DNA of 64,000 nucleotides from Candidatus Omnitrophota bacterium (GTDB lineage Bacteria; Omnitrophota; Gorgyraeia; 2-02-FULL-51-18; JAGOUK01): NCBI GenBank assembly GCA_047639455.1, contig JBLINS010000003.1, positions 3 to 64,002 of the forward strand, read 5' to 3'. Shown piece by piece: positions 58,778 to 64,000 of this stretch (position 1 is its first letter; each line of letters starts with the position of its first letter). The notes under the pieces were generated by a model. It saw only the letters and a program-made list of their open reading frames with translations, ran no database searches and was not told where the DNA came from. The position numbers and the translations under genes were made by a program.

Positions 58778-59534
58778 ACTGCAGGTTTTTTTAGCCAATG
58801 CAGGAGTAGCTAGTCGCCGTGGGGCTGTTAGTATTATTGAAGAGGGCCATGTCACTGTGAATGGCAAAATCATTACTGAGCGCGGATTTCGTGTGAATGC
58901 AGACAAAGACACTGTGCAAGTGGACGATCAAACTATTGGCGAAGAGAAAAAAGTTTATTATATTATTAATAAACCCAGAAAAGTTGTGTCGACGGCCATT
59001 GACACTCACGGCCGCCCAACTATTGTAGCTTTTTTCAAAAAACTTAAAGAGCGCATATTGCCTGTTGGACGTTTAGACATGGATACAACTGGCTTATTAG
59101 TAATGACTAATGATGGCGAAATGGCCAATCAATTAACACATCCCAGCTATGGCGTTGTGAAGCATTATGCTGTTGTTCTTGATAAACCGCTATCCAAAGG
59201 CCAAATGGAGAAGTTTAGCAAAGGCATGAAACTAGACAATGTCAAAACAGCGACATGCTCTATTAGCGAGCATGTCTTTGAAGGTCAAGGATATGCTTAC
59301 GAAATAGAATTACACGAAGGTAAGAATAGACAAATCCGCCGTATGATGGAAATCCTCGAAAGAGAAGTCAAAGACTTGCACCGATTCAAATATGGCCCGT
59401 TATCACTAGGCACACTCAAACCTGGTCAGTCCAGAAAACTAAGCCCACATGAAGTTCAACTCCTTAGAAAATCTATTACTGATGGAGTGGCTGCCCAAAA
59501 GAATCTCAAGCTCAAAAAGGCAATGAAGCAATAA
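58728..59534 (+). CDS. rluB: pseudouridine synthase, RsuA/RluB family
   Basis: S4 domain LQVFLANAGVASRRGA. Catalytic block GRLDMDTTGLLVMTNDG. The start is uncertain and overlaps the NUDIX gene by about 50 nt. Confidence 0.75.
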   Translation: MPNPSSDSTDISKKDLRLQVFLANAGVASRRGAVSIIEEGHVTVNGKIITERGFRVNADKDTVQVDDQTIGEEKKVYYIINKPRKVVSTAIDTHGRPTIVAFFKKLKERILPVGRLDMDTTGLLVMTNDGEMANQLTHPSYGVVKHYAVVLDKPLSKGQMEKFSKGMKLDNVKTATCSISEHVFEGQGYAYEIELHEGKNRQIRRMMEILEREVKDLHRFKYGPLSLGTLKPGQSRKLSPHEVQLLRKSITDGVAAQKNLKLKKAMKQ

Positions 59535-59539
59535 ATCCT

Positions 59540-60049
59540 ATGGCCTTAATGAAGCTCACCACATTTCCAGATCCGGTACTATTTAAAAAAACAGAACCCT
59601 ATGAAAGTATTGGGGATAAAGAAAAGGTATTAGTTCAGGACATGATTGAGACCATGTATTATGAGCGCGGCGTAGGCTTGGCAGCTAATCAAGTTGGCTT
59701 GTCTAAGCGACTTTTTGTGGCTAGTGCAGATGGCGCGCATGGTAAAGAATTAGTTTTTTTTAATCCCGAAATTATTAAGAAAAGTGGCAAACTCAATGAG
59801 CCAGAAGGTTGTTTGAGTGTCCCCGAAACATATGAGCATGTGACGCGATATCAAGAAGTCACATTGCGCGGCATGAATCTCAAGGGTGAATGGGAAACGG
59901 TTGAGGCCAGGGGTTTGTTAGCCCGAATTTTTCAGCATGAAGTTGACCATTTGGATGGTAAGTTATTTGTACACCGACTTGGCTGGCTCAAATCACGTAG
60001 AACAATCAAACACCTTTGCACCCGCTATGGAAAGCCACCCGCTGAATGA
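59540..60049 (+). CDS. def: peptide deformylase
   Basis: GVGLAANQVG, EGCLSVP and HEVDHLDG motifs. Confidence 0.9.
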   Translation: MALMKLTTFPDPVLFKKTEPYESIGDKEKVLVQDMIETMYYERGVGLAANQVGLSKRLFVASADGAHGKELVFFNPEIIKKSGKLNEPEGCLSVPETYEHVTRYQEVTLRGMNLKGEWETVEARGLLARIFQHEVDHLDGKLFVHRLGWLKSRRTIKHLCTRYGKPPAE

Positions 60050-60090
60050 TTGAGCCACATCATCTTCAAACCCTTTTACACTATGACACA

Positions 60091-60300
60091 CCGTCATCCT
60101 GAGGAACGCGTAGTTATGGCAACCCGTCATCCTGAGGAACGCGTAGTTATGGCAACCCGTCATCCTGAGGAACGCGTAGCTAGTGACGTGAGGATCCAAC
60201 AACAATCCTTTAATTTAAAATCGTTTCATTGCTACGCATGGGATCCTGCTGCGCGGGTTCTGTGAGATTGTCACGTCTGCTACGCGCCTCACAATGACGG
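60091..60300. repeat. 33-bp x3 tandem array of the gtcatcctgag arm, plus the palindromic partner arm
   Basis: ccgtcatcctgaggaacgcgtagttatggcaac repeated at 60091, 60124 and 60157 (third copy diverges). Then gaggatcc...gattgtcacgtctgctacgcgcctcacaatgacgg. Confidence 0.85.
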
Positions 60301-60315
60301 AGCATTGGTAAATTA

Positions 60316-61251
60316 ATGAAAATATTCTTCTTTGGCACAGGCAATTTTGGAATACCCGCATTAGAAGCGATAAGCAAAAGCGAACACGAATTAGCCGCTG
60401 TAGTTTTGCCACCGTCCAAGCCGCAGGGTAGGGGCCGTAAGGTCAAGCCGGCTCCGATTGAAGTTTGGGCACAATCCAAAAATATAGAGATTCAATATCA
60501 AAGTGATGTTAATTCAGCAGTCTTTTTGGATTCAATAACTCAGCTTAAGCCGGATTTATTTTTAGTTGTTTCTTTAGGTATTAAATTGAGTACAGATTTC
60601 CTAAATTTACCCACCCATCAGTCTCTGAATATACACCCTTCTTTATTGCCGCAATATCGAGGCGCATCTCCGATACCGCAGGCCTTATATGATGGAAAAA
60701 AAATAGTTGGTACGACCATTATGCGCATGGGTCAGAGAATGGACGCCGGTGATATTTTGAATCAGTCTGAATTAATTTTGAATGGTAATGAAAATGCACT
60801 TGAGGTGTGGGGCCAATTAGCTGAATTAAGCGCTGACTGCATTATGCAAGTTATTGATCAATTAGTCGGAGCCACTTGCGTTGCTATGGTACAGGACGAA
60901 AACAAAGCCACATTTTGCACTAAGCTATCCAAAGAGAATGCGTCAATTAATTGGTCAAAAAGTGCGGCGGATATACATAATCAAGTTAGAGCTTATTTTA
61001 TTTGGCCGGGCAGTCAAACCACGCTCAAACAAGAGCCTTTAAAAATTATTCAAACGCAATGTTTGGATATGCCCACTACAACCAAACCGCCGGGCACAAT
61101 AGTACAAGTGGATAAGCTGGGCCTAGACATTCAAACAGGGCGAAGTATATTGCGAATTCTAAAATTACAAAAGGCCGGCTCCAAACCCATGGACATCGCA
61201 TCTTTTCTTAATGGAAATGCACTCGAAGTTGATATGTGTCTTGGAGAATAG
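60316..61251 (+). CDS. fmt: methionyl-tRNA formyltransferase
   Basis: MKIFFFGTGNFGIP N-terminus, formyltransferase core and C-terminal domain. Classic def-fmt pairing. Confidence 0.85.
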   Translation: MKIFFFGTGNFGIPALEAISKSEHELAAVVLPPSKPQGRGRKVKPAPIEVWAQSKNIEIQYQSDVNSAVFLDSITQLKPDLFLVVSLGIKLSTDFLNLPTHQSLNIHPSLLPQYRGASPIPQALYDGKKIVGTTIMRMGQRMDAGDILNQSELILNGNENALEVWGQLAELSADCIMQVIDQLVGATCVAMVQDENKATFCTKLSKENASINWSKSAADIHNQVRAYFIWPGSQTTLKQEPLKIIQTQCLDMPTTTKPPGTIVQVDKLGLDIQTGRSILRILKLQKAGSKPMDIASFLNGNALEVDMCLGE

Positions 61252-61259
61252 TCCTAAAA

Positions 61260-62405
61260 ATGACGTCCTTTCACAAAAAAGTTGCCCCAGCGGCGTTGAT
61301 TCAAAGAGATTTTGAAAACCTAAACGAATACAAACAATTGTATTGCTCTAACCCCGTTAGAGAAGCTTTGTACATTCAGTCCATAGAAGGTCGCTCACAT
61401 ACAGGCTCAGGTGTATTCAAAAAAAGAGCCTTTGTGAATACAACCATTGATGATGTCGTCAAGGCCTTAAACCGCAATCCAGACGAAACCAAGGCCTTTA
61501 GGCAGAAGAATATTGACGAAATCCTTGATTTTGTTGATGCTACTATTAATGGCCAAGAACGTAATCGTTTGGTTAATTTGGACGGTGAGCCATTTTTGGG
61601 CATTCCTTTATTTAAAGACAAACAAGTTAATGCCAGAGATGTTTTGAGAGGTTTGTATTTGGGAGGATTGCGAGATAATCCTGATATTCGCAAAGAGACA
61701 GAGTCGCGTTATCAAATCCGCATAGGTTGTGGCGAATGTTATCACGTTGATATACGCCAATTAGAAATCCAAGGTTTTAATGGCGACAGCATTTCACATG
61801 GTGAACATGAAGATCAAATAGAGGCATTCAAAGAATCGGGACTTATTATTAATCATCCTGAGGATGATGAAAATACAGTACCCGAAGAATTTCGACGTTA
61901 TTTTTATATACGTCACCGGGAAGGTCCAGGCCAATCGGATGATGCAGCCATCATTATTGCCGGCATTCTTTATAATGCCGACGTCGCTTTAGGGGTGTTT
62001 TTGTCTGACGCTATAGATACATTAGAAAAATACACGCTAATCAATAAAGACCAAGACCAAGAGCTTTCATACTATATAGGAAGAGCCTTTAAGGATTTGA
62101 ATTTGAGCATGGATGATGTGTATGAATTAGCCTATTTATGCGCCATCCCAGAGAGGGAAGAGGAATTCATCCCCGACAGTTCATTACGTTATTTATTATC
62201 CGTGGACGAGAAGTCAGGCGTATCAGCCTTACAAGCCCACTTACTATTCATGGAAGACAAAAAATTCCCCAAAATGTATGTGAGCTTCAAGCGCGCATCC
62301 AATGTCCTCTTTTACAAATTCATCCGCCGCCAATTGACCAATGTCCACCGAATCAACACACCCACACCCCAAGACACCCCTAATCTCACCACCAAAAGCC
62401 CTTAA
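61260..62405 (+). CDS. hypothetical protein (no recognisable domain)
   Basis: The ATG at 61260 sits just after the fmt stop. Its last about 30 codons and the downstream hairpin are duplicated at 62459-62590. Confidence 0.4.
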   Translation: MTSFHKKVAPAALIQRDFENLNEYKQLYCSNPVREALYIQSIEGRSHTGSGVFKKRAFVNTTIDDVVKALNRNPDETKAFRQKNIDEILDFVDATINGQERNRLVNLDGEPFLGIPLFKDKQVNARDVLRGLYLGGLRDNPDIRKETESRYQIRIGCGECYHVDIRQLEIQGFNGDSISHGEHEDQIEAFKESGLIINHPEDDENTVPEEFRRYFYIRHREGPGQSDDAAIIIAGILYNADVALGVFLSDAIDTLEKYTLINKDQDQELSYYIGRAFKDLNLSMDDVYELAYLCAIPEREEEFIPDSSLRYLLSVDEKSGVSALQAHLLFMEDKKFPKMYVSFKRASNVLFYKFIRRQLTNVHRINTPTPQDTPNLTTKSP

Positions 62406-62590
62406 CCGATTTTAACACTCCCGGGGTGTTAAAATGGTTGCTGTTACAGGGCTTAGGCCTTTTTACAAATTCATCCGCCGCCAATTGGCCAATCCCCACC
62501 GAATCAATGCGCCTACACCCCATGGCGCCCTTAATCTCACCACCAAAAGCCCTTAACCGATTTTAACACTCCCGGGGTGTTAAAATGGTT
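62312..62590 (+). repeat. tandem direct repeat of about 130 bp (about 88 percent identical), each ending in the hairpin ttttaacactcccggggtgttaaaa
   Basis: 62312-62440 (coding, the 3' end of the 389-aa ORF) against 62459-62590 (non-coding), aligned by eye. Confidence 0.75.
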
Positions 62591-63320
62591 AGGAGTTGTG
62601 ATATAAAGAGGCATGGAAAGAAAGCAGCCTTTAGCGGATGGTGAGATTTATCATGTTTTTAATAAAAGCATAGCTGGTTTCACTATATTCAATGTTGATA
62701 GAGAGTATGAACGTTTCAAGCAAATGCTGCTTTTTTTCTCCGTTGATCAAAAGCATTCTAAGTTCTCACATTTCCAATCTTCAAAATTTGTTGATAAATC
62801 GGGCTTTTATAAGGCTTTTAGAGAGACTTTTGTTGACTATGAAGTTCGTGTAGAAATTATCGCGTATTGTATTATGCCAACACATTTTCACTTAATGCTA
62901 AAACAAGTCAAAGGGGACGGGATTTCTCGTTTTGTTGGAAATCTGCAGAATAGTTATACGCGATATTTTAATGAGACCCGTCGGCGCAAAGGCCCATTAT
63001 GGGTGGGTAGATTTAAGAATGTCTTAGTTGAAACCGATGAGCAATTATTGCATTTAACTCGTTATTTGCACTTAAATCCAGTTAAGGCCAACTTATGTCG
63101 GAATGCCTCAACATGGGACTATTCTTCGTTCCAAGAATATATAGGTAAAGATTCAGAAGCTAATCTCTGCACATACGCCTCTTATCTAGATGAGGCTGGA
63201 GAGGGCTACAAGGACTTTGTGGATGAGTACTCCAATGAACAAAAAGCCGCTCTAATAATTAATAAACTAACTCTTGATTAACCGATTTTAACACTCCCGG
63301 GGTGTTAAAATCGGTGGAGA
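62555..63320 (+). mobile_element. IS200/IS605-like (RAYT) unit with subterminal hairpins in direct orientation
   Basis: Hairpin ccgattttaacactcccggggtgttaaaat occurs at 62555-62590 (left) and 63283-63320 (right) around the transposase gene. A third copy sits at 62404-62440. Confidence 0.6.
62613..63281 (+). CDS. REP-associated tyrosine transposase (RAYT) / IS200-like Y1 HuH transposase
   Basis: N-terminal GEIYHVFNKS...F. HuH motif PTHFHLML. C-terminal YLHLNPVKANL with the catalytic Tyr. 222 aa. Confidence 0.8.
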   Translation: MERKQPLADGEIYHVFNKSIAGFTIFNVDREYERFKQMLLFFSVDQKHSKFSHFQSSKFVDKSGFYKAFRETFVDYEVRVEIIAYCIMPTHFHLMLKQVKGDGISRFVGNLQNSYTRYFNETRRRKGPLWVGRFKNVLVETDEQLLHLTRYLHLNPVKANLCRNASTWDYSSFQEYIGKDSEANLCTYASYLDEAGEGYKDFVDEYSNEQKAALIINKLTLD

Positions 63321-63434
63321 GTGTAGGTGGGGTGGAAGCGATTGACTAAAGGGGTATGGGGGCGTATAATCGCGTCTCTTTATGTCAAATGAGTTTTTGT
63401 AATAGGTAGTATATAAATATAGGAAAGAAGGTAA

Positions 63435-64000
<566 letters not shown>

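Noticed and set aside
60091-60200. Possible CRISPR array
   Set aside because: The repeats are directly tandem with no unique spacers. The unit is a MITE arm found elsewhere as single copies. No cas genes are in the window.
60050-60265. 71-aa ORF MSHIIFKPFYTMTHRHPEERVVMATRHPEERVVMATRHPEERV...
   Set aside because: It is simply the translation of the 33-bp x3 tandem MITE-arm array. It overlaps an opposite-strand ORF of the same origin. Not a gene.

Overview
This is a low-GC bacterial chromosomal window of about 45 genes. I suspect an amoeba-associated or host-associated lineage but cannot name the organism.

Housekeeping clusters that I can support:
- pssA-psd (phospholipid synthesis), rmlC-tatA-tatC, hemX-like-hemA (heme), a CPA2 antiporter, glnN (type III glutamine synthetase).
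- tkt-tal-pgi (pentose phosphate/glycolysis), a small CbiX chelatase, acnA, ilvD, an RmlD-like reductase.
- cstA-aguB-aguA (agmatine to putrescine), a DsbA/MauE-like pair, an acyl-CoA dehydrogenase, a NUDIX hydrolase, rluB-def-fmt, and a 5'-partial gap at the window end.
- One tRNA-Glu(CUC) on the minus strand.

The accessory content is more interesting:
1. A giant 3943-aa gene (20804-32635) reads as a fusion of signalling and enzymatic modules. These are a eukaryotic-like Ser/Thr kinase, a GHKL/HATPase-like segment, a fold-type-II PLP-like segment, a second degenerate kinase-like domain, a PRTase-like motif and two tandem Rossmann methyltransferase-like modules with NxPG motifs. It also carries an in-frame 21-bp tandem repeat.
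2. A cassette lies directly downstream (32636-34335). It is bounded by about 55-bp direct repeats that duplicate the last codons of the giant gene. It carries a wHTH-zeta-toxin-like P-loop ATPase fusion plus a 53-aa Lys-rich ORF.
3. A group II intron (IEP 16422-17708, domain V at about 17698-17731) sits in an intergenic region next to a strong bidirectional terminator.
4. A RAYT/IS200-like Y1 transposase (62613-63281) is flanked by three same-orientation copies of the hairpin aacactcccggggtgtt, with a roughly 130-bp duplication of the upstream gene's 3' end.
5. A pervasive family of palindromic MITE/REP-like elements occupies nearly every long intergenic spacer. Their arms are gtcattgcgag, gtcatcctgag, gtcattatgag and similar. 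The arms show compensatory substitutions. The family includes a 33-bp x3 tandem array splitting def from fmt, and a conserved roughly 64-nt structured sub-element in four copies with covariation.
6. A perfect 50-bp palindrome lies in the divergent glnN / giant-gene control region.

No CRISPR array and no rRNA are present.
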